Below, one piece after another: positions 13,968 through 27,950 of a stretch of 64,000 nucleotides of DNA. Position numbers and translations under genes: made by a program. This DNA is from the human T2T-CHM13v2.0 reference genome, Homo sapiens, in assembly GCF_009914755.1 (NCBI RefSeq), contig NC_060932.1, one strand, 5' to 3'. The notes beneath the pieces were generated by a model. That model was not told the DNA's origin, made no database searches, and was given only the letters and a program-made list of their open reading frames with translations. The number at the start of each line of letters is the position of its first letter. Within the stretch, counting starts at the first letter, position 1.

Positions 13968-13984
13968 GAGCCAATACTTTGATT

Positions 13985-14095
13985 ATGTCAACAAACATTT
14001 ATTTGTGTGCTACTCTACTGTAGACACTATTCTAGACTCGTAGGATACAGCAGAAACAAAACTATGTCCTTGTTTTTATGGAGCTTATATTTTAT
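13985..14095 (-). mobile_element. L2 3' end relic
   Basis: caacaaacatttatt...ggatacagcag...atggagcttatatt. Confidence 0.65.
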
Positions 14096-15084
14096 GTATG
14101 TATTTGGTTCCAGTCAGAAGACAGAAATGAACATAAAACATTCAACTGAAAGAATTAAATTGCAACAGATGACCAACTAGTAGAGGTAATGAGAATCCTA
14201 AAGAATACAAGAATTGCATGTATAGGGAGTGGCCATTATTTCTATGGCTGACAAAATATAACAAAGGAAGAAAAAAGGTTGAAAAGACTCCTCTTTTTCA
14301 AAGGCTGAGATTTAGGAAAGGGTATAAATGACTCAGAAGTGGAAACTGCCTGCTGGAGAATGATGTGCTTAGAAGTCCCCCACTGATATACCAGCCAACT
14401 TGGGATGCCTTCTGCTGGTGTACCACCAAGACTTGCTGAGAGGCTGTTCACTGGAGATCTGGTAAGTCTTGTTGGCAAACGAATTGGGGTGCTGTTAGGA
14501 AGTGCTAGGGTGCTGTTGGGACCTCCTCCCTCCCTCTACTCACATTATCAAGAACCTTATGGTAGGAATGGGTGCCACTGGGTGTCCTGCATACCAATGC
14601 AGCTAAGGCATAGAGAAGTCACATGTCAGTTCTATTACCTGCATGTTGTTTGTCCTTCTCTTCTTCATGGAATGTCTTTATACCCCCAGCTTCTCATCTA
14701 TAAAATATTGACTTTAACAGTTTCTAAAAAGATCTATTATAAGAAATTAGAAACATAGACTATAAGCACTCAAAAATTACTTTCTTCCCTCCCCTCACTG
14801 AAAACTTGTCTGCTAATATAGAAATTTCAGGCAATAGTGTCCTATCCCAAATCATGAAATACGTCCCCATTTGCTCCCACTATTTTCTGTTTTTATTAAA
14901 ATTAATTTTCTCCATGTAGGTTTGCTAACTCCTAGGTTTTTAATGGATTTTGTGGTTATAACAAATTTTGCCTTATTGTTATTTTGACATTATTATATTT
15001 TTGTATTGTTGAATGCTGAAGTAGATAAATCTTGTTATTTTTATAATGGCTGTTTTTTAATACTTCTATATGATCTTAAGGCAG

Positions 15085-15285
15085 TACTGTATAGGGAAAG
15101 AAAGAGATATCAGGTTTAGTCAAGTTACTTTACATCTCTGTGCCTCAGTTTTCTTACCTATAATCCAGAAATATTAATAGTACCTTCTTTTACTAAGAAA
15201 GCAGTGATGAGTATATAAATGATACATAGTAAGTTTTCAAGACTGTGATTCACACTAATACAATAAATATGAACTATTATTACTA
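15085..15285 (+). mobile_element. MIR relic
   Basis: caagttactt...ctctgtgcctcagttttctt core. Confidence 0.75.
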
Positions 15286-15449
15286 TTGTCACTTCACTAT
15301 TATTGCTTAATATTAACAATTAAGACAAATAAATTCTGTTATCGCTGTAAAATAAAGTTAACCTTAGAGAAGTTAAAATTTTGAAAAGTTGTGTTGAAAG
15401 AAGAACAAATCACTGTTCATCACCATTGGCAGATTGCACCTTTGAGGAC

Positions 15450-15539
15450 TGATGTATTATTTCAAATGACAACTTAATCCAGAAATATGACTTATGATGT
15501 ATTATTTCAAATGACAACTTAATCCAGAAATATGACTTA
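15450..15539. repeat. Perfect 45-bp tandem duplication
   Basis: tgatgtattatttcaaatgacaacttaatccagaaatatgactta at 15450-15494 and 15495-15539. Confidence 0.97.
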
Positions 15540-15708
15540 GCCGGGCTTGGTGGCATATGCCTTTAATCTCAGCTACACAGCAAGTTGAGGCAGGAGAATC
15601 ACTTGGACCTAGGAGGCAGATGTTGCAGTGAGCTTAGATTGCACCACAGCACTCCAGCCTGGGTGACAAAGCAAGACTCTGTCAAAAAACAAAACAAAAC
15701 AAAACAAA
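15538..15708 (+). mobile_element. Alu right monomer only (5'-truncated or FRAM-like)
   Basis: Starts at tagccgggcttggtgg; (AAAAC)n tail; TSD-like cagaaatatgact/cagatatatgact. Confidence 0.9.
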
Positions 15709-18700
15709 CAGATATATGACTCAAAATTCTACATTTTAAGTCATTCTGAGTTGTGGAGGTTAAGTGAGTGAAAATTCTCTTTCTTTTAATCAGAAAGAAA
15801 TGGTTAAAATAGATTGAGATCCTCTCATTATTCATAAAAGTCAATGGCTTATAAACTAGATAACGTTATTTTGTTTTGCAAAGTTCACCATTAGCTTAAA
15901 GCTCTTCCATTCAAACACTCTGCAAACCTCATATGTCATTACTTTACTAATTTTGATGGCCAGTTGATGATTTCTAAATAAAATTAAGAATGAAATTATC
16001 ACTGACAATAATTTCTTTTTTTTTTCTTCAAAGTCAGAATCTTTTACAGTGGCTTCAGTGTTAGGAATTAGCTTGAAAACCTGAAATAACATATCAGATT
16101 CTAAAAATGCCTATTTAACAATATATACATCTGTGGAGCTTTTTTAAACAATTTCACAATTTTTTTCTTAAATAATTTCATGTCAGTGACCACCACTCCA
16201 AGCTCAGGGCAAATTAGGTATGATAGGAAAGAATATCAAGCAGTTGGTAGTTTAAAACTTCATTACCTATGTTTAAAGAAACTTCTTGGCCCTTAAGAAT
16301 GTGGCAATGAATACAATTAGAGAATTCTAGAAATATTTTTGTACATGAAATGTAGCAAAGAGCCTCTATCAAAGACTTATAATAGAAATGCATAAATCAG
16401 CATAATCATGATCATTATACACTTCTCTGAACCCCTCTAATACTCAAGTTGCTCAGAAGTGTTGGGAATGAGGCTGAAAGGTGGCTAGAAGTGAAGGCAA
16501 TACTAGTATTGAGAAGACCTTTTGTGTACTCAGAACTGACAGCATACAATAATCCATCTTCAAACTCTTTGAACTCAAATATTTGACATGATACTTAAAA
16601 TTATTCAAATAAAATTCATACTGAATAATTTTTAAAGGACAAGAAAGAAGTATACTTAGGAAGAACCTACTCTAAACGGGAAACATGATAAGATTCTAAT
16701 TAATTTAATAATGGAATATGATCTATATGTTAAGGTAAATACTGTACACATGGTGTGGCTAACAAATAGCAACAGTAAAATAGATATTATTTGTAATTGA
16801 AATGAAAGACCTATATATTATGTGAATACTCTCTACTCCAACATTAAAATTTGTAACAAATGTGCTCTTACTCTCTGACAGTGTTTTCTTTTTAGCTGGT
16901 AAGTATATGCCTGGTTTTTGTCATCGTCTTTAGCAAAAGCTTGATACATTGAAATACTTAACTATGCAACCTCTCCATCAAAGAAACACTTATATAATGG
17001 AACCTAAACCCACACTTTTGAAATTGAATTGAATTGTGCTTAATAAGTACATTTACAAAAATGTGATTTTTTTCTGTGATGACAATATTGGGTAAAGGCA
17101 AATACAGCGTAAATAAGACTGCTAAAATAATCTTCCCTCAAATTAAATCTGCAGACTATATATTACTTGAAAATACAGCTAAATATTTTCCACAGCAGGT
17201 GTAATAGTGCTCTCAGAAACTACAAGCTATCTGCAACACAGTCTTTCCTACTTTTTTTCTAAAATAGATATTAATGGAATACAATAGTTGCTAATGGGCT
17301 ATTGAACAACAGGATAGAAAGGAAGCTAGACCAGACTAGGGTGATATATGCCAATTAGCAAGTTCTTAAAGTAGCCACATAGAGCTACACTGGTTGTTCC
17401 AAGCATCAATCTAAGAAGCAGTAAAAGAGGATTTGACTCTGAAATAAGTCACACCTGATTTTCTGCCTAATAGGAGATTTCAGGTTGTTCAATCAACTTG
17501 TAATCAGCATGACATATGGCAGAAAACTTTTCCATTAAAAAAATGAAAAGTGAGTCTGAACATAATTGCCTTACAAGAATTTGTCTAGAAAATCTAAACA
17601 GATTCCCAAGTGAAAAATAAAACGTGACCATTAGAGAGAGTGAAAGGAGTTTCAGAACATTTCAAACTCTAAATTTTATGGAGCAATAAAAACTCAGAGG
17701 AGAGCTGGCTAACTTCATATTTGCATATGAACTATGACCAATGATTCAGTCTGAAAACAATGTGAAAATAAATTTATAGTTTAGCTCAGGGTCTGATTAG
17801 TATGGTATAAATGAGTCAAACAATATACAATAAATTCTATGGACAGTTAAGTTTTAGTTCTGGTGGTGTAAATCACAGGTTGGCTCCCATTATAGATAGA
17901 TATATTGTTGGGATGATAAAAACAGTGAAGTAAAAAAGTCTTATCCCACTTTAAGTATCTGAGCTTCAGAAGAAAGAGAAACACAGTGGGAGAGATAACG
18001 AGTGGTGATAGGAACAGAAAAGAACTAATCCCAGTGCCAAAAATAAAAGGAAGAATCAAAGCAAAGCCACCTGTGTGACCTTTTGAACAATCCCAGGGTG
18101 AAATGAATCAATCCAACTTCCAATTTGTGGCTGAGCTGTAGAAATAGATCTAGAAAAATCAAAGAGGATTGGTTAGGGGAGGAGGGCGGGGGAACCTGCT
18201 GGGTAGTTGTTTGATCAAGCTCAGCTTTGCTCCATCAGATGAGAAAAAAATCAAACGTTTTACTGTGCATTGGTAGAACTTTTATGGATTTTAATTCTGC
18301 TGGAATGCACATATTCATTTTGGCTAGGAGTTGAGTCAGAAAGACTATATTACCTAATATATTTAATCTGTATTTAACAAACATTCAACTCAATTCTTTT
18401 CAATGATCTGAAGAGCTAGAATTTAGAATTGATAACGTTTAGCAAATCAAGTAATTAAAATTTGACACAGATATACTTCCTAAGTTTGAAGACAGATATA
18501 CCTTCAAAGCCTTAATAAGCCTTTATGAAACCATTTAACAGAAAAACACAATGGAATCCTTTCAATGTTAGGTTTTATTACAGTTTCTAACCCCCCTCGT
18601 TCTCCGCTCTCCTCAGAAGAAACTAATATTTCAGCACAAAATTCGTATGTCTATAAATCTTCTGAATTTAGTGAAAATTTACCTTTTAGTAAATCTGCAA

Positions 18701-18792
18701 TTACATAATAAAGCACATTTCCAAAGCTGATGAGCGATATATAGCTCAAGATAATTCCACTCATTATTGTGTGTCATTAAATATTATAGTGT

Positions 18793-19041
18793 TCTCACTT
18801 ATAAGTGGGAGCTAAGTTGTCAGAATGCAAAGGCATAAGAATAATATAATGGACTTTGGGGACTCGGGGGGAAGAGTGGGAAGGGGTGAGAGATGAAGGA
18901 CTACATATTGGGTACAGTGTACCCTGCTTAGGTGACGAGTGCACCAAAATCTGAGAAATCACCACTAAAGAACTTACCCATGTAACCAAACACCACCTGT
19001 ATCCCCAAAAACTATGGAAATAAAAATACATAAATAATAAA
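18793..19041 (+). mobile_element. 5'-truncated L1 (L1PB-type 3' end)
   Basis: L1 3'UTR (ttctcacttataagtgggagc...gcaaaggcataagaat); exact 15-bp TSD taaatattatagtgt at 18778-18792 and 19042-19056. Confidence 0.92.
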
Positions 19042-19599
19042 TAAATATTATAGTGTGGTGTTAAGAGGTTTCTTTTCATTATTTTCAGTAAAGTTTTTAT
19101 CCAAAGATGCACATTCATGAGAGAAATCTTCTCTTTCAGAATTTTCTCAAGATTTATAGACTAAATAGTGTATAAAAGGCATGTAAATTGGATTGTCAAA
19201 AACATTTTTTTAATAACAGTGTGGGCATTTAAGTGGGAAGAAAAAAAGAAGGGTATAATAATTATTTTTGAACAAAGACATTCATTTTGATCTTGTGTCC
19301 ATAGAAGAGATTTTGAGATTCAGAATCTCTATAAAGTAACTACTTATCTTTTTCAAGGGTAATCTTCATATGCACTATAGAAATAGCTTAAATGTTTACA
19401 CTCACTGTTTAAGTTTAAACTTAAGCACTCAACAATTGATCATAATTAAGAATAATATCAAGACAATGAAGATGCCGTACCTATGCATTTATAATTGTTG
19501 AATGTTATTATTCAGTTAACTTGGTAGGACAATAATGTCAATACTGGGGATACTTTCATTAGATAGTTTTTACCTGTAAATGAATATTATGAGATAAAT

Positions 19600-19775
19600 G
19601 GATCTACAATCAGATATCAGCTCTGCCAGTGTCTAATTGCATAAGCTTGAGAAAGTTACTACTTAGCTGAGTTTTAGTTGTCTCATCTACAAAATGAAGA
19701 TGTAAAAAATTAATGAGTAACAAAACTCAAAGCCTTAGGCATACTAAGCACACACTAATATTTAGTTATTATTAA
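19600..19775 (+). mobile_element. MIR relic
   Basis: ttagttgtctcatctacaaaatgaag core. Confidence 0.6.
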
Positions 19776-20157
19776 TGTTATTTTTATGCAATCACAATCA
19801 CGAATAGCAGTATATATATTAACTAATTGAAGTACAATGAATATTATTAGATATTACTGAGAAGCCATACATCTCATTATTAACCATTTTAGGACAATTG
19901 ATAATAACTAATACTGATGAGAAGAACAATTTTATTTACTTTACTTGGACAAGTATTTATACAATGTTGTAGCTAGTTGAGGCATTCAGAGTTAATGTCA
20001 ACCTATGAAAAATAGCGGAGCTTTATTTATTTGATGAGTGCATACTAATTTGAAGTGCTTCATTAGAAGAACTTTGGTAAATTATTTGCAAGAACAGCAG
20101 GATTTCTCATGCATAAACTTAATGAACTAACGAACAAACACACTGATAGGATTATTA

Positions 20158-20444
<287 letters not shown>

Positions 20445-21409
20445 TGATATGATTATTAATGAGATGCTTTTCTAAGAATTCTTCAGTGACTTGTCTACAG
20501 AACATTCAGAAGATTTTAGTGAATTTGCTCAGATTGTCTGGTTTTACTTGTCAAGAGTGGCCTATGCAAGATGTAAAAAAAATGTGATTGACATGAGTAT
20601 ATTTTACATTAGTTCTTGTAAATGATACTATATGTAAAAAGCATGATAAAATCTAGTACTAGTTAGGAAGAGTATTTCTATAGTCTAATCTGACTAGAAT
20701 TAAATCAACCATGTTTAATTTGTCTTACCTGATATGGTTCCTTGAATGATCAACATTTGATTTCAGCAACAATTGTGAACTTAGTAAAAAACTCACCAAG
20801 GTGAATGCCATGTCATTACATTTTCTTTTTTTACAAGAGCATTAATTAAACCCATGCACTGTATCTGGCATTTTGCCAAACCTTTGAAATAGAACAAGTA
20901 AGACATATTTTCTTCTTCCCTATCAAATACAAAAGATAGACAAGGAATCAAAAAGTATTTACATAACCTTCTAAAATGCTGCAAGGCTGTTTTGAATAGT
21001 GTCTACGTTGTATAAAGATTTGTTTATCAAAAGGCAATTTCTCAAGAGTATGAAATTATTAAGTACTGGTTAAAATTTGAGATATTGTTCACTGCAAGCA
21101 CACTGAATCTCCAAATACTTTTACCATTGCAAAACACTAAGTAATCTGGACACTATTATTTAAGTCTAGATTTTATCCCTATTATTTTGTGAACATAACA
21201 TTACAGATGCTACAACAAATTCAATGAGACTTAAATGACATATGAAATATTTTTGCTATTCTAGGCTGAGTTTCTAGTCATAGGATATAACTGGATGGTA
21301 GAATTTTTTCTTTTTTTAATGATTAAAAAAATTAACGAGGTATAACATACAGAAGAGTGCACGAATCATAAATGTTTAGCTTGGTGCATGTTTACGAAGT
21401 AAACTCCCC

Positions 21410-23010
21410 TTGTTACTGATCTGTTCAGGTTTTGGATTTCCTTATGTTTTAATCTTGATAGATTATATGTGTCTAGGGATTTATCCATTTCTTCTAGGTT
21501 TTCCAATTTAGTGGCATATGGTAGCTCACAGTAACCTCTAACGATCCTTTGAATTTCTGCAGTATTGGTGTAATGTGTCTATTTTCCATCTCTGATACTA
21601 CTTGTGTCGTCTTTTTTCTTAGTTACTCTGGCTAAAGGTTTGTTAATTTTGTTTATATTTCCAAAAAACCATCCTTTCATTTTATTAATATTTTGTACTG
21701 CTTTCTTCATTTCAATTTCATGTATTTCTTCTCTGATCTTTATTTTTATTTTCTTCTATTAATTTTGGCTTTGGTTTGCTCCTGCTTTTCTAGTTCTTTG
21801 AGGTGAATCATTACATAGTTTATTTCAAGTCTTTCTACTTCTTTGATTTAGGTGCTTAGAGCTATAAACTTCCCTCTTGGAACTGATTTTGCTGTGTTCC
21901 ATAGGCTTTGGTATGTTGTGTTTCCATTATCATTTGTTTCAAGAAATTTTTAAACTTTCTTCTTATTTTCCTTCCTTCTTAATGACCTATTTGTCATTCA
22001 GGAGCATATTGTTTAATTCCCATATGTTTGTATAGTTTCCAAAATTCATCTTGTTATTGATTTCTAGTATTATCCCATTGTGATCGAAGAAGATACGTGT
22101 TATAATTTGAATGTTTTTTAATATTGTAAGACTTTTTTGTGGCCTACAATATGGTCTATCTTTGAGAATGATCCATGTGCTAAAGAAAAAAGTCTGTATT
22201 CTGCAGCCATTGGATGAGATGTTCTTTAAATTATCTTTTAGAACCATTTGATCTATACTGTAGATTAAGCTTTAAGTTTGCTGATTTTTCTGTCTGAATG
22301 ATTTGTCCAGTGCTAAAAGTGGGTTGTTGACATCCCCAACTATTATTGTATTGGGGTCTATCTATCTCTTTAGCTCCAATCATGTTTCATACCTATATCT
22401 GGGTGTTCCAGTGTTGGATGCATGAATATTTACAATTGTTATATCATCTTGCTGAATTGATCCCTTTATAATTATATAATGACCTCTTTTGTCTCTTTTT
22501 ATAGTTTTTATCTTGAAATCTATTTTTTCTTTATAGCTATAGGTACTCCTGCTGTCTTTTGGTTTCCATTTGCATGGAATATCTTGTTCCACTCCTTTAT
22601 CTTCAGTTTATGTGTGGCTTTATAGGTGAAATGTGCTTTTTTTTATAGGCAACAAATCATTGGGTCTTTTTTTTTTTTTATCAATTCAGCCACTGTATCT
22701 ATTTTGATTGGAGAGTTTAGTCCATTTACGTTCAATGTTATTATTGTTAAATAAGGACTTACTTTTGCCATTTTATTATTAGTGTTCTGATTGTTTTGTG
22801 GTCTTCTCTTCCTGTGTTCCTTTTAGTGAAGGTGTTTTTCTCTGGGACAATATTTTAATTTCTTTCTTTTTAATTTTTTGTGTATCTGCTGTGTATTTTT
22901 TGATTTGAGATTACCATGAGGCTTGCAAATACTATCATATAACCCATTATTTTAAACTCATAACAACCTAATACCAATTGCACAAACAAAGAAACTAACA
23001 AGCAAGCACA
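21410..23010 (-). mobile_element. L1 fragment covering the ORF2 endonuclease region, nested in an older L1M 3' end
   Basis: ORF track 22380-22592 (KIDFKIKTIKRDKRGHYIIIKGSIQQDDITIVNIHA) and 21987-22247 (DHNGIILEINNK...WELNNMLLND) are L1 EN-domain peptides. Confidence 0.92.
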
Positions 23011-23209
23011 AAAGAATGCCTATTTGACCATTCTGCAGGCCAAGATATATATTATCATCAAACAAAAAGCACCTGTCAGGCCCATTTCTGGTCACTACCC
23101 CCATCTGTCTCCTTAGAGGTAACAACATTCTTACCTCTCATACCAATGGCTTTTGGTCAGTGTTGTGTTTGTGATACCATTATTTTGTATGTAGCAATAC
23201 ATTGTACAC

Positions 23210-23514
<305 letters not shown>

Positions 23515-24442
23515 AATTGTACATTTTCATTGCTATAGAATAATTCATTGTATAAATATGATCCAATGTAATTATTAATTTCACTGTTGTTTGATATTTA
23601 ATCTGTCTACTTTGGGCTTATTATAAATAATGATCTTCTGAATATTATTGTTATGCATTTCTTTCAGGTATCTATCCTACGGTAGACTTGCTGTGTTATA
23701 GGTTTTTGTATGTCAAATATATATGTATGTAATAAAAATGTTTTTTGGTTTGTAATATTTCACTGTTAAAGTATTATCTTTTGAAATACGCAAGGTCAAA
23801 TTTTTATATTAAGATTTTTGTTAAATTAATAGACTAATTTATTCTTTATCAATTACTATATCCTTTTTGTTTGGCCAGATTTCAGTGGCCAAAACCCATA
23901 ATAACAGGTTGAATCCATGTGTTCAATTAGGGCCTGCTTCGCTTGTTCTGAATATAAGTGAGCTGGGGTAGGAGACAGGTAGTTCTGAAATTTGATATGT
24001 AGTTTCATTGTGTATATGATTTTCTTTTAAATTTTGTGTAGATAACTGTCGTAGATTAAATATAGTTATTTCTATTTCTAATTGCTAAGTCATATATTGG
24101 TTTTAGACTTATTAAAAGTATTTCTTCAATTATTGATAGAATTATGATTGATAGTTGAATATTTATCCAATAATGAATTCTTTAAATTAACTCATATTTT
24201 TTACACATTATCTTTTTATGATTAATGCATTTAAATGGCTATTATTTTAGGACCATCATTTCTTTCATAAACTTACGGAAGATTGACCTGCAATTTTTAT
24301 TTCATGAAATGTCCTTGTGAGATTTTGATATCAGCCTTATGCTAACTTAAACAATGAGTTGATATGGATTTTCTATTTTCTGAAACATTTTTATAAAGGT
24401 TTGCACTATTTCTTCCTTGAGTGTTTATAAGAATTTTGTCCA

Positions 24443-24801
<359 letters not shown>

Positions 24802-24973
24802 TTAATTATTTTTTAAGTTGCTTTAGTACATGTTGGGCTATTGATATTTTCTGTTTTTTCCTGAGTTAGCTTTCCTTATTTTTTCTAAGAATTTAAAATT
24901 ACATACATATTTTCAAATTTACTGGTATAAGGTGTTTGTATGTTTGTTTGCGTGTTTTGTCATTTAGTACTGT

Positions 24974-25037
24974 TATATATATACATACATATACATATAT
25001 ATACATATACATATATATATATATATATATACACATA
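24974..25037. repeat. Compound (TA)/(TACA) microsatellite
   Basis: Read directly. Confidence 0.95.
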
Positions 25038-25039
25038 TA

Positions 25040-26025
25040 ATAGACTATTTTTTAGAGCAGTTTCATGTTCACAGGAAAACTGAGCCGAAGGTACAGACAT
25101 TTCCCATATACCTACAGCCACACACATCTGTAATTATCCTCATTATCAAAATCTACCATCATAGTAGTACATTCATTATAATTAATGAACCTACGTTGAC
25201 ACATCTTTATCATCTAGAGTCCATTGTTTACATCAAGGTTCACTTTTGGTGTTGTTCATTCCATAGGTTTGGTCAAATGTATAATGACATGTATCCAATA
25301 TTATATTACCATAGAAAGTACTTTTGTGGCCCTAAAAATCCTCTGTGCTTCTCCTATTCATCCTTCCTTCCCCCAACCCCTGACAACCACTGCTCTTATT
25401 GTCTTCATATTTTTGTCTTTTCCAGAAAGTCATATAGTTGGATTACCCTATGGAGGCTTTTCAGAGTGGCTTTTTTCACTTAATTATATGCACTGAAGAT
25501 TTCTCCCAATTATTTCATGGCTTGACAGCTCACTCAATTTTAGCGCTAAAAAATATTTCATTCTCTGGATGTATTACATTTTATTTATCCCTTTACCTAC
25601 TGAAAAAACATCTTAGTTGCTTCTAAGTTGTGGCAATTATGAATAAAGCCATTATAAATATCCCTGTGCAAGATTTTGTTTAGGCCTAAGTTTTCAACTC
25701 CTTTGGGTATATACCAAGGACTGTGACTGATCTTATGGTAAGGGTCTCTTAGTTTTATAAGAAACTGTCAAACAGTCTTACAAAGTGGTTGTACCAGTTT
25801 ACATGCCTACCAACAATGAATGAGAGTTCTTGCTGCTCCACTTCTTGTCAGCATGTGGTGTTGTCTTTATTCTGAATTTTGGTCATTCCAATAGGTGTAA
25901 TTGTATTCCATTATTGTTTCAGTTTGTAATTCTTTAATGATTTAAGATGTTGGCCATCTTTCATATCCTTCTTTGCCATTAGTATGTCTTCTTTGGTAAT
26001 GTCTCTGTTAAGATCCTTAGCCTAT
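25040..26025 (-). mobile_element. L1MC-type 3' end
   Basis: ttttagagcagtttcatgttcacagg...aatgaacctacgttgacaca...aaagtggttgtacc. Confidence 0.85.
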
Positions 26026-26370
26026 ATTTTTAATAATTTCAACTTTTATTATATATTAGGGGGTGTATGTGCAGGTTTGTCACATGGGTATATTGTATAA
26101 TGCTGAGGTTTGGGGTATGAATGATTATATGACCCAGGTACTGAGTATAATATCCAATACAGTTTATCAGCTCTTGCTGCTCCCAGCCTTCTAGAAGTCT
26201 GCAGTGTCTATTTGTTCCCATCTTTATGTCCATATGTATCCAATGTTTAGCTGCCACCCATAAGTGATAATATGCAGTATTTGATTTTCCGTTTCTTCCT
26301 CAATTTGCTTAGGATGATGGCCTCCAGCAGAATCCATATTAATGCAAAGGGCATAATTTTCTTTTTTTTT
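26026..26370 (-). mobile_element. L1PA/PB 3' end nested in the L1MC
   Basis: tgtgcaggtttgtcacatgggtatattg...gctgaggtttggggtatg. Confidence 0.85.
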
Positions 26371-26479
26371 TTATTGTTGGCCCACTTTTTAAAATGGGTT
26401 GTTGGAATTTAGAATTCTAAGTGTATCTTTTTAGAATTTTACAAAAATTCACAGAATATTAATTAAGTAAATTCAGTGC

Positions 26480-27950
26480 TATTGTTTTTACAAATGACAT
26501 GCCCAAAACAAAGTCAAAGAGACATCTTGAAAGTAAAGGCTGCAAAGGAAAACATCAGGCACGTAACTGTAATGGGAGCAATTGCATAAATATTTACATC
26601 AAATATCATTAGTAGATAAAAAAGTATTTATATAATGACAAATGAATGTCAAAATATAACAATCGTGAAGTTGCTTACATTGAACAAATGTTATATACAA
26701 TATATATGTAGATGTAACATTATATATATACACATGCATATTATATATGCATATTTTATATATATATAAAGCTTTATATAGCATTAATTGTGTTCCAGGC
26801 ACTATTTGTATAATCCATATAACAAACCTTTTCTCCAGGTATTCTTATTGTCATCCTTTTATGGATGAGGAAACTGAGGGATAGGGAGGTTAAGTAACCC
26901 ACCCAAGATCATGCAACTGGCAAGTGGAAGAACCATGATGTGAACCCAAGTAATATAACTCCAGTGACCCTAGCTATTATTCTAAGTGAGTTCATGCAAC
27001 ATAACATATAATAGACTATATAAAAGCAAAAAATAAAATACAGTGAAATAATCACAGGAGGAATTTAGTGAGATGTTTTGCAAAAAAAGAATTCTGAAAT
27101 CAGCTCAAAAAGGCTACAGTATTAAAGACATAAGACTAGAAACAACTTACTTAATAAGACTGTTCTAATAGTAATATCCATAAACTTGAACATAGTCAAT
27201 TATAAAGAACCATGCTTTTTAACTTATTTGGAATATTGAAAAAACTGATTATGTCATAGAAACTTGATTATGCAGACCCTATTTTCTGACTATGATATCG
27301 AATATTAGGTATGAAAGAATATATATAGCCCCAGTATTTTAAAAATTTGCTTAATAAAATCACACTTTGAATTATTAACAGACTTTTAAAAGTCACAAAT
27401 TATGAAATATTTAGAGCTACACAGCATGTGAAATGCTGCTAGACTACCAATCAGATAAATATTTAAATCATCATTAGATTTACTTGGATATAAAGTTTAA
27501 AAATAAGTTAGAAAGTTATTCAGTCTTTAGAATATAGGAAAAAAGAAAAAAATGTCCAAGAGATGTAGAAATATGGAAATTCAAGTAAAAGAGCATTTAA
27601 TAGAAAACCAAGACCAAAAGACACAAAGAAACTAATGGAGATTATTAAAAAAGAAAAAAAAGAAAAAAAAAACAAAAAAGCAAAGCCAATAAGCGTGTGG
27701 GAATAGACAACTTCAAGTCAGAATGATCAGGAAGAAAAATGAAGACTGCAGATGATATGTATTAGAAATATGTTAAAAGATATATCTGTTTATGAAAAAA
27801 GGAATTTAAATATCATAAAGTATTATGAACAATTGATGGTAATGTAAAAACTTAAATGAAATAATCTAGAAAAATACAATAGAAGCTTGTTTATTACTAG
27901 AACACACCAATAACTATGGAATGGAACCAATAGTTATAAAAATTTCTAAT
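26480..27950 (+). mobile_element. Highly decayed L1M ORF2 region, interrupted by TA-rich DNA and a MIR (~26780-26965, minus)
   Basis: A-rich strand with L1-like motifs; MIR core gatgaggaaactgagg. Confidence 0.5.

Noticed and set aside
14405-14758. 117-aa ORF
   Set aside because: No recognisable domain or splice context; probably within an ancient LTR-like relic starting near 14096
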